From: Spirochaetia bacterium
GTDB lineage: Bacteria; Spirochaetota; Spirochaetia; SZUA-6; Bin103
NCBI GenBank assembly: GCA_965198005.1
Contig: CBDAOI010000002.1
Span: 640,001-704,000, forward strand
Reading direction: 5' to 3'
DNA: 64,000 nt
Below the pieces are notes generated by a model, which worked only from the letters and a program-made list of their open reading frames with translations, made no database searches and was not told the DNA's origin. A program made the position numbers and the translations under genes. Below are positions 1-9,600 of this stretch, in pieces (position 1 is the stretch's first letter; each line of letters begins with the position of its first letter).

Positions 1-447
1 ATCGCCCTGGTGAACGTCGAGGGCGGCGGCATGCTCGGCGCCTGCGGGATGGCGGCGCGTGTGCTCGGCGCCCTGGCGCGCGGCCAGATCAACGTGATGA
101 TGATCTCGCAGGCGTCGTCCGAGCACAGCATCTGTCTGGTGCTGCGCGCCGCCGAGGCGGATGCCGCGCTCGCCGCGCTGCACGCCGAGTTGGCATTGGA
201 ACTGGAAACCAGACGGATCGACCACTTCGAGGTGCAACGCGACCTGGCGATCGTCGCCATCATCGGCGAGCACATGCGCGGCACGCCGGGCATCGCCGGC
301 CAGTTGTTCGCCGCGCTCGGCGCGCACGGGATCAACGTGCTGGCGATCGCCCAGGGCTCCTCGGAACGCAACATCTCGCTGGTGATCGCCGAGCGCGACG
401 AGCGGGAAGCGCTGCGCGTGATTCACGCGGCGTTCCTCGGCGACTGA
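1..447 (+). CDS. Aspartate kinase, C-terminal ACT domains (5'-truncated by window edge)
   Basis: Two ACT repeats (INVMMISQASSEHSI; GEHMRGTPGIAGQLF..INVLAIAQGSSERNIS), directly upstream of thrB/thrC; ends without a homoserine dehydrogenase domain. Confidence 0.9.
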   Translation: MALVNVEGGGMLGACGMAARVLGALARGQINVMMISQASSEHSICLVLRAAEADAALAALHAELALELETRRIDHFEVQRDLAIVAIIGEHMRGTPGIAGQLFAALGAHGINVLAIAQGSSERNISLVIAERDEREALRVIHAAFLGD

Positions 448-450
448 GCC

Positions 451-1392
451 GTGCCGCCGCTGCAGTCGGTTACCGCGTTCGCGCCCGCCACGGTCGCCAA
501 CGTGGGCTCGGGATTCGACGTGCTGGGGTTCGCCGTGGCCCGCCCGGGCGACACGGTGCGCGCCCGGCGGCGGCCGGCGCCCGGCGTGACGCTGCGCGCG
601 GTCACGGGCGACGCCGGCCGCTTGCCGCGCGACGACCGCAATACCGCGGTGGTGGCGGTGCGCATGCTGCTGGAGCGGCTGCAGCAACCGTTCGGGGTGG
701 ACCTGGAGTTGCGCAAGGGGATGCCGCTCGCCTCCGGGCTGGGCAGCTCGGCGTGCAGCGCCGCGGCCGCGCTGCACGCGGTGAACCGGTTGGCGGGCGA
801 ACCGCTGCCGCCGGAGGAGCTGCTGCCGTGCGCCCTGGAGGCGGAGCGGGTGGCGGCCGGCGCGGGACACGCGGACAATGCCGCGCCCGCGCTGCTGGGC
901 GGGTTCGTCCTGGTCCGCAGCAGCGACCCGTTGGACCTGGTGCGGCTGCCGGTGCCGGCCGGCCTGGCGGCGGCGCTGCTCAGCCCGGACGTGGAGATTC
1001 CCACCGAGGCGGCGCGGCGCATGCTGCGCAAGCAGATCCGCCTCACGGACGCGGTCGCGCAATGGGGCAATCTGGCGGCCCTGGTGGCGTCGCTGTATAC
1101 CGGCGACCTGGAGCTGATGGGCCGCTCGCTGTGCGACGTGGTGGCCGAGCCGGTGCGCGCGGTGCTGATTCCCGGCTTCGGGCGGGTGAAGGAGGCCGCT
1201 TTGGCCAACGGGGCGATCGGCTGCTCGATATCCGGTGCCGGGCCGGCGGTGTTTGCACTGGCGGAGTCCAAGTCCCGGGCGACCGTTGTCGGCAAAGCCA
1301 TGCAGGCCGCGTTCAGGACCGCCGGACTGAACGCCGAACTTTACGTTTCGCAGATCAACCGGTCCGGTCCCCGGGTGGTGGAGGAATGCTGA
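451..1392 (+). CDS. thrB: Homoserine kinase
   Basis: APATVANVGSGFDVLG, GHMP motif PLASGLGSS, HADN, SISGAGP. Confidence 0.95.
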   Translation: MPPLQSVTAFAPATVANVGSGFDVLGFAVARPGDTVRARRRPAPGVTLRAVTGDAGRLPRDDRNTAVVAVRMLLERLQQPFGVDLELRKGMPLASGLGSSACSAAAALHAVNRLAGEPLPPEELLPCALEAERVAAGAGHADNAAPALLGGFVLVRSSDPLDLVRLPVPAGLAAALLSPDVEIPTEAARRMLRKQIRLTDAVAQWGNLAALVASLYTGDLELMGRSLCDVVAEPVRAVLIPGFGRVKEAALANGAIGCSISGAGPAVFALAESKSRATVVGKAMQAAFRTAGLNAELYVSQINRSGPRVVEEC

Positions 1393-1424
1393 CCGCCGCG
1401 GGACAATCGGCAGGAGGACGGTGA

Positions 1425-2798
1425 GTGCACGTCTGTTCTACCCGCGATCCGATGGTGCGGCTGTCGTTCAGCGCCTCGCTGCTGGCGGGGCTGCCGCCCG
1501 GCGGCGGCCTCTACCAGCCGGCGCCGCCGCCGGACCTGCGGCGGGAGATCGCCGCCCTGCCGGATCAGGCACCGTACGTGGAAGTGGCGGCGGCGCTGAG
1601 CGCGGCGCTGTTCGCCGAGGAGTTGGCGGGACGGGCCGGCGGGCCGGCGGCTGTGGCAGACGCGGCGCGCGCGCTGGCCGCGGCGGCGTTTCCGTTCGCG
1701 CCCGCCCTGCGCCGGCTCAGCGACGGGATCGTCCTGCTGGAGCTGTTCCACGGCCCGACCTGCGCATTCAAGGACTTCGGCGCCTCCTTTCTGGCGACCC
1801 TGCTTGAGCACGGGCTCGCCGGAGACTCCCGTAGCGGCCGGGCCGGCAGTGGCGGGGCCGTGGTGCTGGTGGCGACCTCCGGCGACACCGGCGGCGCGGT
1901 GGCGCGCGCGTTCTGGCGGCGCGCCGGCATCGAGGTGGTGCTGCTCTATCCGTCGGGCCGGATCAGCCGCCTGCAGGAGCAGCAGCTCACCACCCTGGGC
2001 GACAACGTCCACGCGCTGGAGGTGGCCGGCTCGTTCGACGACTGCCAGCGGCTGGTGAAGGGCGCCCTGGCCGACCCCGAGCTGGTAGCGGCGGCGCGCC
2101 TGTGCCCGGCCAACTCGATCAGTCTCGGCCGCCTGCTGCCGCAGGCGTTCTACTACGTCTTCGCCGGCCTCCGGCTGCGCGCCCGCGGCCGCCCGCTGTT
2201 CTGCGTGCCCAGCGGCAACTTCGGCAATCTGACGGCGGGGCTGTACGCCGCGCAGTGGGGGCTGCCGGTGGCCGGCTTCTGGGCGGCCACCAACCGCAAC
2301 GACGTGGTGCCGCAGTACCTCGACACCGGCGAGTGGCAGCCCCATGCCAGCTTCGCGACCCTGTCCAACGCCATGGACGTAGGCGACCCGTCCAACCTCG
2401 AACGCATCCTGGCGCGCTGGAACCACGACCCGGCGGCGCTGCGCACCAATCTGCGCGGCTGCGCCGTGAGCGACGAGGAGACCCTTGCCACCATCCGGCA
2501 CGTGCACGAGACCGACGGCCGGCTGGTGGACCCGCACACCGCGGTGGGCATCGCCGCCGCCCGCCGCCTGCGCGCGGACCGGCCCGGCGGGGGCGAACCG
2601 ACGCCCATCGTGGTGCTGGCCACCGCCGACGCCGGCAAGTTCCCGGAAACGGTGCGCCGTGCCACCGGCGTCACCCCGCCCGTACCGGCGCCGCTGCGGG
2701 AGCTGCTGGACCGCCCCAAGCAGGCCACGCCGCTGGAGCCGCAGTTCCCCGCGCTGCGGGCCTTCATCCTTTCGCAGACCGCCGCCGGCGCCCGGTAA
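1425..2798 (+). CDS. thrC: Threonine synthase
   Basis: LELFHGPTCAFKDFG (PLP lysine), ATSGDTG, NSIS.GRL, VPSGNFGN, DPHTA. Confidence 0.95.
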   Translation: MHVCSTRDPMVRLSFSASLLAGLPPGGGLYQPAPPPDLRREIAALPDQAPYVEVAAALSAALFAEELAGRAGGPAAVADAARALAAAAFPFAPALRRLSDGIVLLELFHGPTCAFKDFGASFLATLLEHGLAGDSRSGRAGSGGAVVLVATSGDTGGAVARAFWRRAGIEVVLLYPSGRISRLQEQQLTTLGDNVHALEVAGSFDDCQRLVKGALADPELVAAARLCPANSISLGRLLPQAFYYVFAGLRLRARGRPLFCVPSGNFGNLTAGLYAAQWGLPVAGFWAATNRNDVVPQYLDTGEWQPHASFATLSNAMDVGDPSNLERILARWNHDPAALRTNLRGCAVSDEETLATIRHVHETDGRLVDPHTAVGIAAARRLRADRPGGGEPTPIVVLATADAGKFPETVRRATGVTPPVPAPLRELLDRPKQATPLEPQFPALRAFILSQTAAGAR

Positions 2799-2805
2799 CG
2801 CGCCC

Positions 2806-3579
2806 GTGAACCAGTCCGCGCCGCTGCCTCGGGAGGCCGGCGAACGGCCCCCGCGCACCATCTTCGTCGGCGACGTCCACGGCTGCTGCGCCGAGTTCCT
2901 GGCCCTGCTGGAGGCGGTCCGGTTCGCGCCGGACCGCTACCGCCTGCTGCTGACCGGCGACGCCTGCACCCGCGGCCCCGACCCGGTCGGCGTGTGGCAG
3001 GCGATCCGCGCCACCGGCGCCGAGATGGTGCTCGGCAACCACGAAGACTGGCTGCTGCCGCAACTGCGCGCGGTCGCCGCCGGCACCACGTCCGCCGCCA
3101 TCAAGGAATCTCGCGGCCTCCAGGTGCGGACGCTAGCCCCCTACGCCGTCGAGCTCGCGGCGTGGCTGGCGACGGTGCCACTGTGGATCGACGACCCGCG
3201 CTTCCTGCTGGTCCACGCCGGCGTCAACCCCGAGCTGGGCCTGGCCGGCAGCACGCGCGACGAGCTGCTCGCCATCCGCACCTGGCCGCCGACCGGCGGC
3301 ATCGTCGGCCCGCGCTGGCACGACCACGTGGCCCCCGGCGGCAAGCTGATCGTGTTCGGCCACGACGCCCCCGGCGGCCTGGTCGTAAAGCGTCCCCCCA
3401 GCACCGGCCCGGACGCCCGCCCCTACCTGGTCGGCCGCGACAGCGCCTGCGTCTTCGGCGGCCAGCTCAGCGCCTACCTCCTGGAGGAAGACCGCATCCT
3501 CCAGGTCCCCGCCCGCCGCCAGTGGTCTGACTTTCACGACCGATACGGTGGTGACGGATGTCCCTTGCCCGTAGTTTAA
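2806..3579 (+). CDS. Calcineurin-like metallophosphoesterase (ApaH/PrpA-like)
   Basis: GDVHG, GD..TRGP, GNHE, VHAG and FGH motifs; GTG start at 2806 just after the thrC stop. Confidence 0.85.
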   Translation: MNQSAPLPREAGERPPRTIFVGDVHGCCAEFLALLEAVRFAPDRYRLLLTGDACTRGPDPVGVWQAIRATGAEMVLGNHEDWLLPQLRAVAAGTTSAAIKESRGLQVRTLAPYAVELAAWLATVPLWIDDPRFLLVHAGVNPELGLAGSTRDELLAIRTWPPTGGIVGPRWHDHVAPGGKLIVFGHDAPGGLVVKRPPSTGPDARPYLVGRDSACVFGGQLSAYLLEEDRILQVPARRQWSDFHDRYGGDGCPLPVV

Positions 3580-3647
3580 TTTAGTACTACAACGCTACAA
3601 CGAGGGTTGGAGTTTGGACAAAATCCTCAGTTCGTCCGGGCCAGCAG

Positions 3648-4688
3648 CTAACCGGTCTCGCTGGTGGTTCGAGTGCTGTCGGAGAGTGCCCCCGCCAGCC
3701 GGTCAATCTCATCGCGATTCGTGACGAATCCCTGGAATCCCTCGTAGTCGGGACCAGCGCTATGGTAATAGATCCAATCCTCATGCGCCGCCGGCATCAA
3801 ATCCTCGACATCTGTCTCGTCTAGGCCAGTGAGAGCCGCGAATCGATTCTTGTACAGCTGGTATCGGAGACCGTCATGCGCACTGCTTTCTCCGGGCAGC
3901 AAGCTGATGACGTTCTTGCGCCGCCCAGCGAAGAGATTGGTGAATCCGATGGAACTCCTTGTTCGGGTTTTCTGCAGGCTGCGTTCGAACGCAGAGACCG
4001 CGTGCTGGTAGAGATCTTGGATACCGGATTCCTCGGCAAGCCGTTCAAGCTCCTCATAGGTGAGATTGGGACGACGCTTGGATGTCCCCTTGGTGCGACT
4101 ATGTAGCTCCACCGCCGACGGATCAATCACGAATACGCGTGCGAGGAACTCCGTCCCGTCGGGCGTTCGGTAGTACTGGAAGGTGGCAGCGTTGATATTA
4201 ACTCCGTGCTTGTCGGACAAGTACTTGATGATTCGCTCCGAGCTCGCGTCGATCTGCGAGCCAACAATCAGTACGCGGTGGTCACCGTTGAGCGTCTCCG
4301 GTACGTCCGTGCCAAAGCTACTCCTGTAGGCCCGCCGGAATCCCGTCTCCCGCAGATATGCCTCAGCGATGGTAGTGACCCGCTCATTGGACAGATCCAT
4401 AACCCACGAACCGTACTCGAGCGCCTGCGCCGTGATCTCCCGTGGTGTCTTGTCTCGCTTGAGCTCGACTACAACAAGGTCGCCGACTGCGTCGATGCAG
4501 AGAAGATCAACATAACCGCCGAAGTCAGTCGGGACCTCACGCCCGATAACGAGAAGCCGGGGATCCAAGATGGATATGTCTCGGGCGAGCCAACCCTGAA
4601 GACGCGCCTCGAGATCAAGGGACTCGCGTTGGACTTCCTTGAGCTGCTCGTCGGGCCCCACCTGCCAAAGGCGAACTTCGTTCGGCAT
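3648..4688 (-). CDS. NucS/EndoMS-like (DUF91) PD-(D/E)xK endonuclease-domain protein with uncharacterised C-terminal domain
   Basis: LE..LQ.WL, IGREV.T..G.VDLLCID..G.LVVVELKR motif; ATG start (MPNEV) chosen. Confidence 0.75.
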   Translation of the reverse strand: MPNEVRLWQVGPDEQLKEVQRESLDLEARLQGWLARDISILDPRLLVIGREVPTDFGGYVDLLCIDAVGDLVVVELKRDKTPREITAQALEYGSWVMDLSNERVTTIAEAYLRETGFRRAYRSSFGTDVPETLNGDHRVLIVGSQIDASSERIIKYLSDKHGVNINAATFQYYRTPDGTEFLARVFVIDPSAVELHSRTKGTSKRRPNLTYEELERLAEESGIQDLYQHAVSAFERSLQKTRTRSSIGFTNLFAGRRKNVISLLPGESSAHDGLRYQLYKNRFAALTGLDETDVEDLMPAAHEDWIYYHSAGPDYEGFQGFVTNRDEIDRLAGALSDSTRTTSETG

Positions 4689-4886
4689 CCAGTCCCCCTG
4701 TATCACTCACGCCACCGGCCCGCCCCGTCACGCACGCCGAAAGGCGAAGGCGAAGAGCACCGGACAGATTGTGACAACTGGCCGGTCACAGTATCCGTGG
4801 CCCCTCCGCCAGAACTCACCTAACCACCATAGGTGGAAGCGCCTAGACGTGTCAACAGGGTTTGACGGTGAATACGTCGACAAATG

Positions 4887-4916
4887 ATGGACTATGGTCA
4901 TAATCCATGGTACAAT
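4887..4916 (+). promoter_or_regulatory. Putative antitoxin promoter with overlapping operator palindrome
   Basis: TGGACT(4888)-N17-TACAAT(4911); near-palindrome ATGGACTATG-GT-CATAATCCAT (4887-4908), just upstream of the Phd-like gene. Confidence 0.55.
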
Positions 4917-4926
4917 TGTCGGGGAC

Positions 4927-5220
4927 GTGGAGGAAATTCGGATCTCGACGTTCAAGGCCACCTGTCTCGCCGTTCTGGATCGCGTGGGAAAGACGCGCGT
5001 TCCGGTGCTCGTGACGCGATTTTGCAAGCCGGTCGCGCAGATCGTCCCGCCTCCCCCCGTTGCGCGGGACGACGGGTGGCTGGGCTGCATGCGGGACCGC
5101 ACGACAATCGTCGGTGACATCGTCTCCCCCGCGTCAGATCCCGTCGGACTGGGACGTGCTGCGCCAGAATCGAACGGAGCACTGCGAGAACTGCGGCAAA
5201 GAGGTCCATCATCCGTTTGA
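4927..5220 (+). pseudogene. Phd/YefM-type antitoxin, frameshifted near its 3' end, with no cognate toxin
   Basis: VEEIRISTFKATCLAVLDRV..PVLVTR..KPVAQIVP; the expected tail (PSDWDVLR) lies in another frame after GATCCCG at ~5140. Confidence 0.7.
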
Positions 5221-5470
5221 GACCGTCCGATTTGGTAACGGCACACCGCGATTGCTGTGCAACGCCTGCTACAACGAGGAAGTCGCATCGCGCGCCGGCA
5301 TCGACTTCCGGCACCCGGAGTTCCCGCCCGTGCAACTGGTCGACTCCGCCGGCACCGTCCACACCTTTCACTTCGCGACCCGGCTGGTCGATGTATCCCG
5401 GATGTCCATCGAAGCGTACGAACCGCATGCCGATCCCGGGTATCGGTTTCAGGTCATTGCCGGCTCTGCG
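5170..5470 (+). pseudogene. Fragment of a hypothetical protein with CxxC...CxxC zinc-ribbon
   Basis: HCENCG...LCNACYNEEVA...HTFHF...GYRFQVI reads as natural protein but has no clear start and collides with the opposite-strand ATPase fragment. Confidence 0.45.
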
Positions 5471-5499
5471 GGCGCCCCCAGGAGCTGCATCAGCGCTTG

Positions 5500-5933
5500 C
5501 TGGGAAAGCCCTTCGCAGCCAGCTCAGGAACTCGTCCGCGGCCTGCTTTCCGGCGGAAGCTGATAGTCGGAGCCCTTGAGCAGGCGATTGATCAGGATCG
5601 AGAGCTCGTCAATCGCCAACGCAACCCGCTCCTTGTGGTGATCCAGAGCGGCGAACAGTTCGTTCGCCCTTTGTTTCCACGTTCCGCGCTCGATCCCGCT
5701 ACGCAGCTTGGCCTTTACTTCGCCGATGCCTACATCTTCAATGTAATCGCCGACGTATTACAAGCCACGCTTGATGCGCCCCACAGCCTCTGTGCCTGTG
5801 TGGTCGCGGCCGCGACCTCGGCGATGGCGTCCTGCGGGTCGCGCGCGTCCTCGAGATCGACGAACAGCGGCGTCACCTCACCCGCGGCGTCCAGCCCACG
5901 CAGGGTGTCGCGCATCAGGCTGGTCTTGCCCAA
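5500..5933 (-). pseudogene. Fragment of a P-loop ATPase (paralog of the remnant at 14425-14750), frameshifted
   Basis: GKTSLMR..LFVDLEDARDPQDA, then in a shifted frame KLRSGIERGTWK..VALAIDELSIL (Walker B), then EFLSWLR. Confidence 0.75.
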
Positions 5934-5934
5934 G

Positions 5935-6562
5935 CCCGTCGAATCCTACCAGTGAGTTCATCACCACGAGCGAATCACCAAGGATCAGCCGGTTCACCCA
6001 CCCATTGCGATGCTCGTAGGCCTTTGAGCAACCGGTAGTGAATGGGCAGATCGCTCTCGCCGAACAACTCGAACTGCGTCGGCTGGTCGTCCGGCCGATG
6101 CCCCTTCAGCGTCTCCAGGATAGCGGCGGTTGACAACCGTTCGTGCACGAATAGCGGCAGTGTTGGCACCTCGAACGACAGCCGCTCCGCTTTGCCCGCC
6201 CAGTTGAGAAACGACTTGGACAGCGCCCGCAGTTCCGCGAGGTGCCGCTGCGCGTTGGCAAGCTCGCGGCGTGCCGAGGTGCAATCTTCCTCCGACCACG
6301 GCTCGGTACCGGCACCGTCGAGGCTCGCCGACAGGCGCGTGATGTGCTGCTCCAACGAGGCAATCCTCGCCTCGCCCTGCTCCCGTGCCGGATTCTGCCC
6401 ATCCCACTCCAGCGACGGCGCCAGCGAAGAGTCGTAGCGATAGGCGGTCACCGGCTTCTTCTTGCGAAACTGCGGCTGGATGCCAATATCCGGCCGCAGC
6501 AGCGCTTCCGCTTCTGGGTGGCGGTAGTTGTCCGAGCGTCTAGGCGGCTTCCTGCGCCTCAT
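5935..6562 (-). pseudogene. N-terminal fragment of a type III-like DNA methyltransferase (Mod), frameshifted and truncated before the catalytic motif
   Basis: YRYDSSLAP.L.WD, FLNWAGKAER.SFEVPTLPLFVHERLS; shifted frame AYEHRNGWVNRLILGDSLVVMNSL, breaking off before any DPPY. Confidence 0.8.
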
Positions 6563-6687
6563 CCATGTATCTCCTGTTGGCCCTTTGTTACGCTACCATG
6601 CCGGGCAACAGCGCGATAATCTGGTGGGCGGTCAGTTCCACACCGTCGCGACCATCGGGTGGAGCGTAGACAGAACACGTAAATGCG

Positions 6688-9600
6688 TTACTCCGAGTAT
6701 GGCGCGAGTCGGGTGACGCCCGCGACGACTAGCGAGTCGACGACTTCCTGCCAACCGTCCGAGTGGCCGGCGTTGACAGCGGTACCGCGAATCTCGATTA
6801 GCCAGTCCGGCAGCATGAAGCTGTGGGTGGCGGCGTGGGCAGGATCCGCGAGCGCAAGCTGAGCGACCCACGACAGCCCGGTACGGACTTGGGTCTCGGA
6901 GGCAAGGGCGCCGAGGAAGCTGATGAGGCGGTCGACACATCTGCCTCTGCCTTCAGCGACGCTCAGCCACGCCTCGACCTCGGCTTGCATATCGAGCGGT
7001 TCCCACCATGCGATCGGGTTGGCATGGACCTCGGGGTATAGAAATGAAACGTCGCCCGCGGCGTTGGGCAGGAGGGAGCCCAATGCCATGTCGCCGTACA
7101 GTCCGTCCCGAAACGGCGTATAGTCCGCGTTCGGCGCAAGCACGTGGCGAACGACACTCGGCCAGACCCGTCGAGCCGTGGCTGCCCTGTCCGGTGTTTC
7201 CTCCGCAGCCGCTGACAGAGCTCGCAGCAGGGTACCAAGCAAAGCCGGACTGTCGGCATAAGCGTCAATGTGCTCGTAGATGGCTGCATCGTCGCCATGT
7301 TCGGCCAACGTCAGCAGAGCGCGTGCGCTGACGAGAGTGTGGGAGCCGCGAAGATCCGCGTCGGGAAGACCGCGGCTGAGCAGCGATCGCCGCTGAGCGG
7401 CCAAGAGAGTCGACAGCAGATCGTGAGCTCGCGTAGACACGCAGATGTCGGCAACGGCTGCTGGCGCCAGCGCTCGAATCGCCGCGTCGAGACGAGACGC
7501 GAGGATCGAGTGATCGTCGGCGCTGGCAAGCGATTTGGCCATGGGCTCTTCCAGCGCGAGGGCAACTCTTCGTCCGGTGGCGCGGTCCCAACCGCCAAGC
7601 ACGCAACGGCGCATCGTTTGGGTAGCGAGACTCCAACCCACTTCGTGATGGCAACGCCCGTCCACCGCGCACGGCGTGTTCCAGACGCGATCCAAGCTAC
7701 GCGCAAGGTGGAGCCGCACCTCGTTCGATACAGCTTGAGCAAGATTGAGGCCTGCACGAGCGGCGCGCTCGAAGGCCACCCACCCATCTGCCTTGTCGAT
7801 GAGCGTGCGAAGTCGAGCGGCAATGGGCAGGAGCAACAACGGAAGCGCCCGGGCGGCGCTACGGTCGGCACCGTGCTCGTAGTAAGTGTCTTCGAACTCG
7901 AACTGCCGCGGCGACGCTTCGCCCTCGCCGACCCGCAACACGGTCTCGGCGGCGAAGGACAGCGCATCATCTTCGAGGTCAGCGCCATCAAGGAGGTGCG
8001 CTTCGAGTGCCGCCGCCGCAATCAACGCGGCTGTATCCCACGGATCATGCGCTACGAGGGACGGAGGGCTCTCAAGCAGATTCCGGGCGATGGCGATGTC
8101 GGCTGCCAATTCATCAGGTGCGATGGCCTGAGCGCCCTCCTTCTTGGGGTCGACGTGGTAGCGAACGAACAATCGCGTCGCCTCTTGGAAACGGTGCATC
8201 TCCTCATTGCTGGGTTCCAACGCCTGCAGCACATCGTCAGGTGGCGTGGGACTGATGTACAGGCCGTCCGAAGCCTCAAGAGCCTGATAGCTGTCGCGAT
8301 CAAGGCAACTTGCCCAGATACGAACCGGCATCAACGCCTTTTCGATGGACTCGCCAGCCGGAGCCTCCGACTCGGCGAGTTCGTGATCACGTGACGACAC
8401 GAAGTGGCGACGCGCGTTCGTGAGCAGTTTGTCGCCGATCGCGCGTAGCTCTGCGGCACGATTCTCGTCGGCTCGAACGCCCATGAACATGGCTGCCTCG
8501 CGTAGCGACCAGTTGCGGCGCTCCGATGCGACGAGGCCCTCGGAGTCGGCAGCGAAGCCGCTGCCCTCGTTTACGACTCGCGTGACGTCGATGCGCCAGA
8601 CAAACGGTTCAGCGAGGTAGGAGTCAAGCAGATCGCCTGCCCGCTCAAGGTGCCGTATCAGCAACCCTACTACAAGGCCGACCATGGCGAGGCTCTCACA
8701 TCCGTCGAGCAGTATCGAGACCACGGTCCTGAGCGGGATGTCAGTCTCGATCAGTTGGTCGCACACTCGCTCCAGCGCTTGTAATGCGCTGAGGCATGGA
8801 TATGGTCCGACTCCAGTTCCGCGGTACCAGCGCCAAACGTGCTCATCGCCGACGTAGCGTCGGTCCGCACCAGTGATCTCAAGCTCGGTCTCGGACAAAC
8901 GGACCGTCTCGTCGTTAGGGAGGGGACGCAAAGATCGGGGCGTCGCCATGGAACGGGCGCGATTGCGCGCGGCATGGTTGAGCAAACGATTGAGCACTGC
9001 AACGCCGTGGTGGAAGTCACTCTGGAAGAGCGGCTTGAACGGGCCGCGATACCACGTAGCGTGGGGGTGGCCGAAGCCTCGATTACGGTGGTCGCGGACC
9101 CCGTCGTCGAGATCAGTAGCGTCGGCCTCGTCATCAAGGTAGTACGCCTCGGTCAGATGCGCCAGAAGGCCACGGCCAAAGCTGGCCAGCGCGTTTCCCG
9201 TCAAGAGCTCCTCTACGGTAGGAGCGAGCCGGTGCGGCGCGTCGCGCGCGACACGGCGAAGTATAGCCTCACCGCGGTCGCCAAGGTCCGGACCGAGCAG
9301 AGCCAATAGTTCGAGAACCGTCTCGTCTGTGAGCTCATGGGGCACGTCCGGTCGTTGTCTGCGGCGCCGGCCGTCGTAGCCGATCTCCGCGAAGAGCTTG
9401 TGGTGCTCGGCGAGTCGGCGCGCCTTCTCGACACCCTTTGGCGTGCGGACAGCACCCTTATAGGCTTGGCCGAAGAGCCGACGAAGAGCGGAAAGGAGGA
9501 GCCCAAAGAGCGGCAGATTCCGCCGTTTTGGCCCCAGAGGCCTCTGTTCGGCTGGGCCTTGTGCAGGTTCGGCCTCCCGCTCCTTGGCAAGGCGACGGTC

